From positions 4,150 to 68,149 of the forward strand of contig JAQWTH010000028.1 of NCBI GenBank assembly GCA_029242795.1: 64,000 bases of DNA, in the 5' to 3' direction. This DNA comes from Candidatus Pelagibacterales bacterium (lineage in GTDB: Bacteria > Pseudomonadota > Alphaproteobacteria > Pelagibacterales > AG-422-B15). The notes under the pieces were generated by a model, which was not told the origin of the DNA, ran no database searches, and saw only the letters and a program-made list of their open reading frames with translations. Below are positions 1-11,173 of this stretch, one piece after another. How positions within the stretch are numbered: the first letter of the stretch is position 1; every line of letters begins with the position of its first letter. Position numbers and translations under genes: made by a program.

Positions 1-168
1 TTGGTCATCAAAAACAAAATTTTCACTTTCTTCAAATTGTAAGTAGAGTTCACCATCGTCTGCATTTGCTAATGAGTTTGATACAATTTTGTCAACCTTC
101 TCATTATCAAGAGCTGAGTCTTTAAAAAAAAGACTTTCTAAATTCTGATTCTGTAATCTGTTATTCAT
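1..168 (-). CDS. tldD: TldD-family metalloprotease, N-terminal 56 codons only (gene runs off the window start)
   Basis: Absent from the ORF track because it is open-ended. Minus-strand ATG at 168-166. The translation MNNRLQNQNLESLFFKDSALDNEKVDKIVSNSLANADDGELYLQFEESENFVFDDQ stays open to position 1. The DDGELYLQ..E..F.DD stretch resembles the E. coli TldD N-terminus (DYGDLYFQ..E..V.ED, from memory). The gene is divergent from coxB. Confidence 0.5.
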   Translation of the reverse strand, partial: MNNRLQNQNLESLFFKDSALDNEKVDKIVSNSLANADDGELYLQFEESENFVFDDQ

Positions 169-340
169 TGTTAACCAATCCTGTCTTTAATATATAATTA
201 ATACCAAAAATGCTAAAAAACCAAGAAAAATTGCGTCAAACTGTCGCTAAAAAAAGGATTATTTTCCTCTGATAATCGGGATATATAATTATATTGTTAT
301 TTGTCAATTTAGTTATATTTAAGTGAAATAGTAGTTATTT

Positions 341-1168
341 ATGAAATATTTATCATTAATTTTTGTTGCCTCATTTTTAATTTTATCTAATGCAGGCTCA
401 ACTGAGTCACTTCCTAAGGACTGGCAGTTAGGTTTTAATGAACCAGCAACTGCTCTAATGTCTGATGTAATTGCTTTTCATAGTTATATCTTAATGCCGA
501 TCATTACTGGTATTTCCATCCTAGTTTTAGGCTTACTCCTCTACATTGCTTATCGATATAATAGCTCCAGAAATCAAACAGCTTCTATGACTACTCACAA
601 TACTATAATCGAAGTCTTATGGACTGTTATACCTGTAATTCTTCTAATAATTATTGCAATCCCATCTTTTCGAATATTGTATACTGCTGAAACGATTCCA
701 AAAGCTGATTTAACGATCAAAGCAATTGGTAATCAATGGTACTGGAGTTATGAATATCCGGATTACGATGACTTTTCTTTTGACGCGAACATGCTTCAAG
801 ATGAAGAATTGTCTGATCCAAGCTTGAGATTGTTGGAAACAGATACACAAATTGTTGTTCCAGTAAACAAAGTAGTAAAATTACTGATTACGTCAAATGA
901 TGTATTGCATGCGTGGACTATTCCTGCTTTTGCAGTAAAAAAAGATGCAGTTCCTGGAAGGCTCAATGAAACATGGTTTAAGGCTGAAAAGACTGGAACA
1001 TATTATGGACAGTGTTCTGAGCTATGTGGTCCAAAGCATGCCTTTATGCCGATAAATGTAAAAGTTGTATCACAGGACGAATTTGATAACTGGCTCAGCT
1101 TTGCTAAAGAAGAATACGCATCAAGTAAAACGAATTTTAATCAAACTTTTCAGGTTGCAAATAATTAG
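341..1168 (+). CDS. coxB: cytochrome c oxidase (aa3) subunit II
   Basis: 275 aa with a signal-like N-terminus and two TM helices. Aromatic WYWSYEY motif and CuA site HAWTIP...CSELCGPKHAFM. Confidence 0.97.
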   Translation: MKYLSLIFVASFLILSNAGSTESLPKDWQLGFNEPATALMSDVIAFHSYILMPIITGISILVLGLLLYIAYRYNSSRNQTASMTTHNTIIEVLWTVIPVILLIIIAIPSFRILYTAETIPKADLTIKAIGNQWYWSYEYPDYDDFSFDANMLQDEELSDPSLRLLETDTQIVVPVNKVVKLLITSNDVLHAWTIPAFAVKKDAVPGRLNETWFKAEKTGTYYGQCSELCGPKHAFMPINVKVVSQDEFDNWLSFAKEEYASSKTNFNQTFQVANN

Positions 1169-1174
1169 CAATAA

Positions 1175-2794
<1,620 letters not shown>

Positions 2795-2805
2795 AAGGTA
2801 TACGA

Positions 2806-3726
2806 GTGTCAAATATAACAAACACATTAATGAATGACAATGTTCATTCAAAATTTAATGCAGTAAGCATACTAAAAAACTACTTTTCTCTCCTTAAACC
2901 TCGAGTAATGTCTCTCTCAATATTCACATCTCTTGTAGGAATAATGATTGCCCCAGGTTTTATTGTTAATCTTGAAGTGCTAATTATTTTATTTGCCATA
3001 TCCATAGGTTCAGGTGCTTCAGGTGCACTTAACATGTGGTATGAAAGAGATCTTGATAAGCTAATGGAAAGAACTAAAGATAGGGTGCTGCCATTAGGAA
3101 AAATTAAGCCTAATCATGCACTTATTTTTGGTTTATTTTTGTCAATTTTATCTGTTGGTATATTATATTTGTTTTCTAATATTTTAGCCGCTTCAATACT
3201 AGCTTTAACAATATTTTTTTATATTTTTGTTTATACAATTTGGTTAAAGAAAAGAACCCCTCAAAATATTGTAATTGGTGGAGCTGCTGGAGCTTTTCCA
3301 CCGATGATTGGTTGGGCCGCCATTACTGGTTCATTATCTATTGAAATTCTTCTTATTTTTACAATTATTTTTGTTTGGACGCCACCTCATTTTTGGGCTT
3401 TAGCCTTGTATAAATCAGATGATTATCGAAGAGCAAATATACCAATGATGCCACTTATTGTGGGAAATAAGAAAACTGTAAATCTGATTATTGCATACTC
3501 TTTCATTCTAATGCCTGTAGTCATGTCATTATCATTCTATTATTCAATGTTTTATTCAATATCGATCTTTACTTTGACTTCTATATTTGTTTATTTATCT
3601 ATGACTTTGAAGTTAGGTCTTAATAAGCCAGGCTTTGAAAAAAAAGCTCAAAACTTGTTTTTCTTTTCAATATTTTATTTATTCAATATTTTCTCAATTA
3701 TATTAATAGATAATACAATTTGGTAA
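2806..3726 (+). CDS. ctaB: protoheme IX farnesyltransferase (heme O synthase)
   Basis: 306 aa UbiA-family polytopic protein with LLKPRVMSL, NMWYERDLD and PPHFWALA. GTG start at 2806, with an alternative ATG at 2830. Confidence 0.92.
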   Translation: MSNITNTLMNDNVHSKFNAVSILKNYFSLLKPRVMSLSIFTSLVGIMIAPGFIVNLEVLIILFAISIGSGASGALNMWYERDLDKLMERTKDRVLPLGKIKPNHALIFGLFLSILSVGILYLFSNILAASILALTIFFYIFVYTIWLKKRTPQNIVIGGAAGAFPPMIGWAAITGSLSIEILLIFTIIFVWTPPHFWALALYKSDDYRRANIPMMPLIVGNKKTVNLIIAYSFILMPVVMSLSFYYSMFYSISIFTLTSIFVYLSMTLKLGLNKPGFEKKAQNLFFFSIFYLFNIFSIILIDNTIW

Positions 3727-3728
3727 CC

Positions 3729-3839
3729 ATGCAGAACAAAAAAATAAAAAGAAAAAATATAATCACAGCACTCATTCTTGTGGGCTTCGTACTGGCATTC
3801 TTTTTTTATACTATGTATAGATTGTCTTTAGTAGGTTAA
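3729..3839 (+). CDS. small single-TM peptide (36 aa) in the oxidase operon, CoxF-like position
   Basis: Below the ORF-track size cut-off. ATG 3729 to TAA 3837-3839 gives MQNKKIKRKNIITALILVGFVLAFFFYTMYRLSLVG, a basic N-terminus followed by one hydrophobic helix. It exactly fills the only gap between ctaB and ctaG. Confidence 0.45.
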   Translation: MQNKKIKRKNIITALILVGFVLAFFFYTMYRLSLVG

Positions 3840-3843
3840 TTGT

Positions 3844-4401
3844 ATGAAAAGTTTTAATTCATCAGAAACAAAATATAGTAATAATCGAATAGTCATAATG
3901 TTGGTCACAGTTGTATTTTTAATGCTTGGCTTAGCTTATGCTTCAGTTCCACTTTATGACTTATTTTGTAGAGTTACAGGATTTGGTGGAACCCCAGCAG
4001 TAAGTTTAGAGAAAAGTGAATACTCAATTAATCAAGATATTAATATTAGACTGGATGCGAATGTAACAAATCTTAATTGGGATTTTTCACCTGAAAAAAA
4101 TGTATATAAAATTAAAATTGGTGAAAATAAAGTTATCAATTATTTGGCTCAAAATTTGTCTAGTGAAAAGCAAGTAGGCACCGCTCTTTTTAATGTAACG
4201 CCAGAACAAGCTGGTCAGTATTTTACAAAAATTGAATGCTTTTGTTTTCATGATTTAATGCTTGAGCCTGGAGAAGAAATAAAGCTACCGGTGAGTTTTT
4301 ATATTGATCCAGAAATAATTGATGATCAATTTTTAAAAGATCTATCAGAAGTTACTTTGTCCTATACCTTTTATAAAAATGCTGATACACCAATCTCATG
4401 A
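3844..4401 (+). CDS. ctaG: cytochrome c oxidase copper-assembly protein CtaG/Cox11
   Basis: 185 aa with an N-terminal TM helix. SVPLYDLFCRVTGFGGTP and the copper-binding CFCF motif are present. Confidence 0.95.
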   Translation: MKSFNSSETKYSNNRIVIMLVTVVFLMLGLAYASVPLYDLFCRVTGFGGTPAVSLEKSEYSINQDINIRLDANVTNLNWDFSPEKNVYKIKIGENKVINYLAQNLSSEKQVGTALFNVTPEQAGQYFTKIECFCFHDLMLEPGEEIKLPVSFYIDPEIIDDQFLKDLSEVTLSYTFYKNADTPIS

Positions 4402-5195
4402 GCGCCAAAAATTCAAATTCTCACCAATATCATTTAGTAGATCCTAGTCCATGGCCTCTATTGGCGTCCATTGGGGCTTTAGTTTTGTGTTTTGGAGCTG
4501 TCATATATTTTAGATCAGACAATCCTTGGATAATGATACTGGGCTTAGCAACTGTCATTTATATCGGTTACATGTGGTTTCGTGACATTATCAAAGAAGG
4601 GGAACACGATGGTCACCATTCTGAAGTTGTTCAGTTAGGACTTCGATATGGTATGACTTTATTTATCGCTTCAGAGGTAATGTTTTTTGTTGCATGGTTT
4701 TGGGCTTATTTTAATGCTTCATTGTTTCCTACAGAACAAATTGGTTCCGTATGGCCGCCAGCAGATATTCACTTGATGGATCCGTGGCATATTCCTCTTA
4801 TAAATACTCTTATACTGTTACTATCTGGCACAACACTTACTTGGGCACATCACGCACTTCAAGAAGGCCATAGAAAGGAAGTTATCCAAGGACTCATTCT
4901 CACAATTATATTAGGTGTTATCTTTACAGGGTTTCAAGCATATGAGTATATGCATGCAGAATTTGAATTTTCAGGTCACATATACGGCGCTACATTTTAT
5001 ATGGCCACTGGATTTCATGGTGCTCATGTTCTTATAGGAACACTTTTCATAGTTGTTTGCTTAGGAAGGACGCTTGCTGGCCACTTTAAATCTGATCACC
5101 ATTTTGGGTTTGAGGCATGTGCATGGTATTGGCATTTCGTCGATGTTGTTTGGCTATTCTTATTTGCAGCGATATATGTCTGGGGCTATTACTAA
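4398..5195 (+). CDS. coxC: cytochrome c oxidase subunit III
   Basis: 265 aa, 7-TM. Has the HLVDPSPWPL N-terminus and the WYWHFVDVVWLFLF C-terminus. ATGA overlap with ctaG. Confidence 0.96.
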   Translation: MSAKNSNSHQYHLVDPSPWPLLASIGALVLCFGAVIYFRSDNPWIMILGLATVIYIGYMWFRDIIKEGEHDGHHSEVVQLGLRYGMTLFIASEVMFFVAWFWAYFNASLFPTEQIGSVWPPADIHLMDPWHIPLINTLILLLSGTTLTWAHHALQEGHRKEVIQGLILTIILGVIFTGFQAYEYMHAEFEFSGHIYGATFYMATGFHGAHVLIGTLFIVVCLGRTLAGHFKSDHHFGFEACAWYWHFVDVVWLFLFAAIYVWGYY

Positions 5196-5203
5196 AGTTT
5201 AAA

Positions 5204-5902
5204 TTGATAAGAAATATTATTTTTCATTTCATTTTCCTATCGGCATTAATTATTTTGCCTAACCTTGGTTTATGGCAACTTGATCGACTAGAATGGAAAA
5301 ATGAATTATTAAATAATATTAGTAGTCGACAAGTAGCAGAAAATATTACTTTTCCATACAATGAAAGTTTAGAAGATTTTGAGTATAGAAATACGTCTGT
5401 GGAAGGCAAGTTTCTAGACAATACTCAAACATTTTTTTTTAGACCAAATTTAAGTGGTCAATCAGGATATAATGTAATTAGCGCTTTTAAAACTATCGAT
5501 GATAGTGTTATTTACGTAGATATAGGCTGGATACCATTCGAGCAAAAAGAAAATATAGATTTCCTAGACATAGATTATAATAAAAACTTTAGTCTTAAAG
5601 GAATACTAATTTCATCTAAAGAAAGAAATATGTTCTCGCCTGAAAATGACTACATCAAAAATATTTGGTATACATTGAGCTCAACTGAAATGAATCAATT
5701 TTACAAATTAAATGGAAGCTTTTTTATCCTGAAGATAATTGATCAAAATTATTTTGAGCAAACTCTGATAGAGTTTAATCCTACTCAAATACCAAATAAT
5801 CATTTACAATATGCTGGAACATGGTTCTTGCTTTTTATTGTAGTTGGAATCTTATATTTTTATCAAGTATATCAAATAATTAGAATTAAATGGAATACAT
5901 AA
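5204..5902 (+). CDS. SURF1-family cytochrome oxidase biogenesis protein
   Basis: N-terminal TM helix then GLWQLDRLEWK, plus a C-terminal TM helix (WFLLFIVVGILYF). The ORF track starts at ATG 5117, which would overlap coxC by 79 nt. I prefer the in-frame TTG at 5204 just after the coxC stop. The start is uncertain. Confidence 0.8.
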   Translation: MIRNIIFHFIFLSALIILPNLGLWQLDRLEWKNELLNNISSRQVAENITFPYNESLEDFEYRNTSVEGKFLDNTQTFFFRPNLSGQSGYNVISAFKTIDDSVIYVDIGWIPFEQKENIDFLDIDYNKNFSLKGILISSKERNMFSPENDYIKNIWYTLSSTEMNQFYKLNGSFFILKIIDQNYFEQTLIEFNPTQIPNNHLQYAGTWFLLFIVVGILYFYQVYQIIRIKWNT

Positions 5903-7263
5903 GTACAAGGGGATCAAAAGTAGGATCATTTCAGAATGTCTTAATGAAGGGACTGGCTCAAGATGGTGGTTTGTTTATTCCTAATGAATGGCCTCAAATT
6001 AATACAAATGAACTTGGGTCTGATTTAAGTTATGAAAATCTTACTGCAAAGATTATTCAACCATTTATAGGTTCTGAAATACACGACGATGATCTCCATA
6101 GTATTATAAGTAGTGCTTACAAAGATTTTTCTTCACCTGATCCAGTTACATTCAAAAAATTATCTAGAGGTGAAACAGTGGTGGAGTTATTTAATGGACC
6201 AACTTTAGCATTTAAAGATTTCGCCATGCAATTATTAATTCCTATTTTTGATTATTTTCTCGACAAGGAAGATAGACAAATGAATTTAATTGTTGCTACT
6301 TCAGGTGATACTGGATCAGCAGCAATACATGCAGTTAATAAAAGCAAGAATCTAAATATTTATTGTTTATATCCAAAGAATAGAATTTCTGAATTTCAAA
6401 GAAGACAAATGTCCACAGTCAAAGGCAATAAGATAAATCTTTGTGAAATCAACGGAACTTTTGATGACTGTCAAAATATTGTTAAAGAGATTTTAGCTGA
6501 TAATGAATTTAGTGGAAAATATAATATCTCAGCAGTTAATTCAATAAATTGGGCAAGAGTGATGATTCAAGTTGTTTATTATTTTTTTTCAGCTTTAAGA
6601 CTGGATAATTGTGAAAGTAAATATAATTTCTCAGTGCCAACTGGCAATTTTGGTGATGTTTATGCAGGATATATTGCTAAAAAAATGGGCTTAAATATAA
6701 ATCGTTTAATTGTGGCTACAAATGAAAATGATATTTTAGATCGTTTTTTTAAAACAGGTCAATACATGTCACGTGAAGTTGTTAAAACTTCGAGTCCCAG
6801 TATGGATATTCAGGTAGCAAGTAACTTTGAAAGGCTATTATTTGATGCCCTTAATCGTTCTAGTTCGGATATAAATGAAAAAATGAATAATTTCAAAATA
6901 AACGGAAATATAAGTGTTAATTCTCAAAGCCTTGAAGTTTGTCAAAGTTATTTTTCTTCAGAAAAAGTAGATATGAAAAGTGTTGAAAAAGTTATAATGG
7001 ATACTTATGAAACTGATGGGTATTTGGTAGATCCTCACACTGCTATTGGTATTCATGCTTCAAGACAAAGCCAACAAATTGAAAATAATTTTATATTAGG
7101 CACAGCTCATCCAGTTAAATTTCTTGATACAGTTGAGGACTCTATTCGGTCAAAAACAAATTTATTAAATGGTTACGAGAAATTATTTGAAGCTACAGAG
7201 AAATTTGATAGTTTGAATAATAGTGTTGATGAAGTTAAACTTAAAATAGAATCCAGTAATTGA
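5890..7263 (+). CDS. thrC: threonine synthase
   Basis: 457 aa with the PLP-lysine motif PTLAFKDFA and ATSGDTGSAA. 13-nt overlap with the surf1-like gene. Confidence 0.93.
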   Translation: MEYISTRGSKVGSFQNVLMKGLAQDGGLFIPNEWPQINTNELGSDLSYENLTAKIIQPFIGSEIHDDDLHSIISSAYKDFSSPDPVTFKKLSRGETVVELFNGPTLAFKDFAMQLLIPIFDYFLDKEDRQMNLIVATSGDTGSAAIHAVNKSKNLNIYCLYPKNRISEFQRRQMSTVKGNKINLCEINGTFDDCQNIVKEILADNEFSGKYNISAVNSINWARVMIQVVYYFFSALRLDNCESKYNFSVPTGNFGDVYAGYIAKKMGLNINRLIVATNENDILDRFFKTGQYMSREVVKTSSPSMDIQVASNFERLLFDALNRSSSDINEKMNNFKINGNISVNSQSLEVCQSYFSSEKVDMKSVEKVIMDTYETDGYLVDPHTAIGIHASRQSQQIENNFILGTAHPVKFLDTVEDSIRSKTNLLNGYEKLFEATEKFDSLNNSVDEVKLKIESSN

Positions 7264-7267
7264 TACC

Positions 7268-7849
7268 ATGTCTTTCTTATCATCATATCCTTCTAAAAAA
7301 ATACCCAAATATCTTGACGGAGAAAGAGTGTATTTAAGATCACCTGAATATAGAGATTGGGAAAAATGGTCGGAAACGAGAAGAGAGAACATGTCTCACC
7401 TCAAACCCTGGGAACCTACATGGCCTCTTAACGATCTTGAAAGAAATTCTTTTTTAAGAAGAGTTAAAGTTTATGAAAAGTTAATTAGTAATGATGAGGC
7501 ATATCCTTTTCTAATTTTTGATAAAAATTCTAATGAGCTAATTGGTGAATTAAATATCAATAATGTTCAACGTGGAGTACTCCAAAGCTGTTCAATTGGA
7601 TATTGGATTTCTAAAAATAGGATTGGGCTTGGATTTATGTCAGAATCAATCATGTTAATTAAAAATTTTATTTTCAATGAGCTTGGATTGCATCGTATTG
7701 AGGCAGCTTGCTTAGAATCAAATGAACCATCTTTGAACGTTCTTAAGAAAAATAACTTTCATATTGAGGGTAAGGCAAGAAAATATCTAAAGATCAATGG
7801 TAAGTGGCAAGACCATCTTATTTTTTCCTGTCTTGAGAGTGAAGATTAA
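7268..7849 (+). CDS. GNAT N-acetyltransferase, RimJ/RimL-like
   Basis: 193 aa. IGYWISKN..GLGFMSE and LHRIEAACLESNEPSLNVLKKNNF are typical of the Acetyltransf_3/RimJ-like family. Confidence 0.75.
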   Translation: MSFLSSYPSKKIPKYLDGERVYLRSPEYRDWEKWSETRRENMSHLKPWEPTWPLNDLERNSFLRRVKVYEKLISNDEAYPFLIFDKNSNELIGELNINNVQRGVLQSCSIGYWISKNRIGLGFMSESIMLIKNFIFNELGLHRIEAACLESNEPSLNVLKKNNFHIEGKARKYLKINGKWQDHLIFSCLESED

Positions 7850-7911
7850 TTATCTTTACATATCATTATCTTTAAATAGCATGTGTTTTAAATAGGTAGA
7901 AAGTTTTAGTT

Positions 7912-8397
7912 ATGAGTATAAAAGTAGGCGATCAAATTCCTGAGGAAAATCTTGTAGTAATGACTGAAAAAGATGGACCACAAGGTTTTTCTTTAATGGA
8001 GTATTGCAAGGGAAAAAAAATAGTTTTAATTGGTTTGCCAGGAGCATTCACTCCTACATGTCATAGAAATCATTTGCCAGGATATTTAGAAAATTACGAT
8101 GCCTTAAAATCAAAAGGTGTTGATGAGATAATATGCTTTAGTACAAATGATATCTTTGTGAATTCTGCTTGGATTCAAAGTTTAGGGGCTGCAGAAAAAG
8201 TAATAATGTTATCTGACTCAAAAGCAGAATTTTCAAAAGCATTGGGTACTGATTATAGTGATCCGTTTGGGACTTCTATCAAAACACAAAGGTTCTCTAT
8301 GTATCTAGTCGACACAGTCATTAGAGAGCTTTTTATTGAGCAAGAATCAGGGCAAGCATTACTAAGTGGTGCCCTAAATATGATTGATAGCATTTAA
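7912..8397 (+). CDS. peroxiredoxin, Prx5-like (atypical 2-Cys)
   Basis: 161 aa with the peroxidatic Cys motif LPGAFTPTC and DIFVNSAW. Confidence 0.88.
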   Translation: MSIKVGDQIPEENLVVMTEKDGPQGFSLMEYCKGKKIVLIGLPGAFTPTCHRNHLPGYLENYDALKSKGVDEIICFSTNDIFVNSAWIQSLGAAEKVIMLSDSKAEFSKALGTDYSDPFGTSIKTQRFSMYLVDTVIRELFIEQESGQALLSGALNMIDSI

Positions 8398-8822
8398 CTT
8401 TCTAATATTGCTTGTGTTGCAAGTTTGTCGGCTATTTCGTTACCATAGTCGCCAGCATGACCTTTTACCCAGCTCCATTTAATATTATGCTTTGCTGAAA
8501 CAGTGTCTAATAAGACCCAAAGGTCTTTATTCTTTACATCTTTTTTTTGAGATGTTTTCCAATGATTACTTTTCCAATTTTTGATCCATTCAGTTATTCC
8601 TTGCATGACATATTTGGAATCAGTAAAAACTTCTATTTCTTTAGCTTCATCATAATGTTCAAGCGCTTTGATAACTGCAGTCAATTCCATTCTATTATTC
8701 GTAGTGTTCAATTCACTTCCACTCAATTTTTTTTCATCATCGTTTTCTTGGATTAATACTCCCCATCCACCTTTACCGGGATTCCCAGAACAGGCTCCAT
8801 CTGTATAAATTCTAATTTTCAT
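8394..8822 (-). CDS. rnhA: ribonuclease HI
   Basis: 142 aa. The DEDD(H) residues sit in YTDGA, NRMEL, FTDS, KGHAG and NEIAD. Its stop overlaps the prx stop (TTAA). Confidence 0.95.
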   Translation of the reverse strand: MKIRIYTDGACSGNPGKGGWGVLIQENDDEKKLSGSELNTTNNRMELTAVIKALEHYDEAKEIEVFTDSKYVMQGITEWIKNWKSNHWKTSQKKDVKNKDLWVLLDTVSAKHNIKWSWVKGHAGDYGNEIADKLATQAILES

Positions 8823-9781
8823 AATCCATATTCCCTTGCATGAGAAATTGATTGATGAAATTTTAGCTTCTTGAGATACTCTATTGGATCTTTTTTTACA
8901 AGAAGAGAACTGCTTGTCTCTTGATAGAAGTCTATTAACCTTGTAAGTAAAAATCTCAGTGCTGCAGCTCTACACAATAAAGGCAAGCTATCTATTTCAT
9001 TAATAGTTATTTCTCTCACATCATTATAACTTGAAAGCAATTTCTTAGCTTTTGAGATATTAAATTCATTACTTTTTTCTTCAAAACACCATGCATTTAT
9101 ACATATAGCTATTTCATATGCATAATAATCATTGCAAGAAAAATAAAAATCGATGATGCCCGACAATGAATTATTTACAAAAAAAACATTATCTGGAAAT
9201 AAGTCTGCATGAATAATACCACTTGGTAAATTAAAGGATATGTTTTGATTTAAGAAATGGTATTCATTTTTGATTAATTCAATAGGAACATCATCTGACT
9301 CTGCCATATTCTCCTCTAATTTTTTTATTAAAACTCCAAAATTTTCAAAGCCCATTTGATTATTCCTACTCATATTAAGGATACTTGAAGCATTATGAAG
9401 TAACGCCATAGATTTTCCTAATTCAGAACAATGGTTAGGTTCAATTCGATTAAGTATTTTTCCATCTACAAAAGATGTAAGAGAGGCCGGTTTTCCCTTG
9501 AGCAGTTTGTAATATTCATCATCCTTAGTTTTAATTGCTTGAGGGCATTTAATCCCACTATCATTCAAATGATTCATAAGATTAAAAAAGAAGGGCAAGT
9601 CATCTTGGTGAGTTCGTTTTTCAAATATCGTTAAAATATATTTTTGATTATTTATTTTCACTAAATAGTTAGTATTCTCTATTCCAGATTTTATCCCAAC
9701 TAAGTCATCAGCTTTACCAATAGAATAAAGATCTAAGAATTCATTTAGTTCAATTAGTGAAATATTTGTATATACAGCCAT
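8819..9781 (-). CDS. thrB: homoserine kinase, kinase-fold (ThrB type II)
   Basis: 320 aa of the aminoglycoside-phosphotransferase-like fold, with GIENTNY and HADLFPDNVFF. This is the alphaproteobacterial non-GHMP ThrB type. Confidence 0.85.
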   Translation of the reverse strand: MAVYTNISLIELNEFLDLYSIGKADDLVGIKSGIENTNYLVKINNQKYILTIFEKRTHQDDLPFFFNLMNHLNDSGIKCPQAIKTKDDEYYKLLKGKPASLTSFVDGKILNRIEPNHCSELGKSMALLHNASSILNMSRNNQMGFENFGVLIKKLEENMAESDDVPIELIKNEYHFLNQNISFNLPSGIIHADLFPDNVFFVNNSLSGIIDFYFSCNDYYAYEIAICINAWCFEEKSNEFNISKAKKLLSSYNDVREITINEIDSLPLLCRAAALRFLLTRLIDFYQETSSSLLVKKDPIEYLKKLKFHQSISHAREYGL

Positions 9782-9846
9782 ATGGTATTTATAGCTTAGA
9801 TTGGTAAAGATAAAATAATTTTGTTAAATGATCTAAAAAAGGTGCT

Positions 9847-10338
9847 TTAATCTTGAAGTTTTTTAATTTGATTGATTGAACTCTCAAACAATTTATTATT
9901 ATTCTGATCATTCATATTTTTTGAAATTATTTTTTCTGCTACTTGTACAGATTTATTCACAATTTCTTCATTTATTTTTTTAATAGCAGTTTTTTGTGCC
10001 TGCTCAATTTTTTCAATTGATTGCTTTTCACTTCTTGAAATAAATTCTTCAATCTTCTTATTAGAAGATTCTTCGTATAATTTTGCATTTTTATTAGCTT
10101 GATTAATGATATTTTCGGCTTCTTTGCTAGCAGACTCTATTTTTCTTTCGTATTCGGCTAATAGTGAATTAGCATCTTCCTTGAGCTTTCTTGCATCATC
10201 CAAGTCATTCTTAATTTTACTAATTTGCTCATCCAATAATTTAGTAACCATATTTGGCACCTTAAGGTAGATAGCAATTGAAATAAAAATGATGAAGGCG
10301 ATAAAGACCCATGATGCAGGTTGGTAAAAAAAATCCAT
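9847..10338 (-). CDS. atpF: F0F1 ATP synthase subunit b
   Basis: 163 aa with one N-terminal TM helix then a long charged helix. It is last in the F0 operon order I-a-c-b'-b. Confidence 0.85.
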   Translation of the reverse strand: MDFFYQPASWVFIAFIIFISIAIYLKVPNMVTKLLDEQISKIKNDLDDARKLKEDANSLLAEYERKIESASKEAENIINQANKNAKLYEESSNKKIEEFISRSEKQSIEKIEQAQKTAIKKINEEIVNKSVQVAEKIISKNMNDQNNNKLFESSINQIKKLQD

Positions 10339-10344
10339 AATCTT

Positions 10345-10893
10345 CTAATTTATCTCTTTCCGTATTTCATCATCATCGAGTGACTCTGTAAGAAATTTAG
10401 CGCTAATGAGTTTTATAGACTCAATTTTGGCATTTTCAATTTGATCCTTTGAGTCCTCATATTGCTTATTAATTCGATCTTTTGAGTCATTAAGCATTTG
10501 TGATAGTTTTAGATCTTGCTTTTTTTTAATGTTTTCTATCATTTCATCAGCTTGTGTCTTTGCCTGACTAATAATCTCGCCAGCTTCTTTAGAAGCTGAT
10601 TGAATTTTTTCTTCATACTCTCTAAGAGTGTCTTCTGCTTCTGATTTTATTTTTTCAGCCTCATTAATATCAAGAAGTATTTTATCTTGCCTTTCTTCTA
10701 TTGTATTTCTGAGCTTTGGAATGGCTGTTCTCCACATAAATAGGTATAGAATTCCAAAAGTGATTATTAACCAAAATAATTGTGATGGAAATGTTGTTAT
10801 ATCCATTTGAGGTAAGCCGTCTCCCTCTGTGAAACCAATCTGTGGCCACAGAACAATGGAGACGAGAAAAACTATTTTCCAGAAAAAAGTCAT
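10345..10893 (-). CDS. F0F1 ATP synthase subunit b'
   Basis: 182 aa with an N-terminal hydrophobic segment, a PQ..FPSQLFWL motif and a long charged helix. It lies between atpE and atpF, as is typical in alphaproteobacteria. Confidence 0.85.
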   Translation of the reverse strand: MTFFWKIVFLVSIVLWPQIGFTEGDGLPQMDITTFPSQLFWLIITFGILYLFMWRTAIPKLRNTIEERQDKILLDINEAEKIKSEAEDTLREYEEKIQSASKEAGEIISQAKTQADEMIENIKKKQDLKLSQMLNDSKDRINKQYEDSKDQIENAKIESIKLISAKFLTESLDDDEIRKEIN

Positions 10894-10912
10894 GGCGAAA
10901 ACGTACTCTTAA

Positions 10913-11155
<243 letters not shown>

Positions 11156-11173
11156 TTATTCTTAAAATTCAAA

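Noticed and set aside
5117-5203. The ORF-track N-terminal extension of the SURF1-like gene, overlapping coxC by 79 nt.
   Set aside because: The extension (MCMVLAFRRCCLAILICSDICLGLLL) is read out of frame across the conserved coxC C-terminus. An in-frame TTG at 5204 directly follows the coxC stop and gives a normal SURF1 N-terminus.
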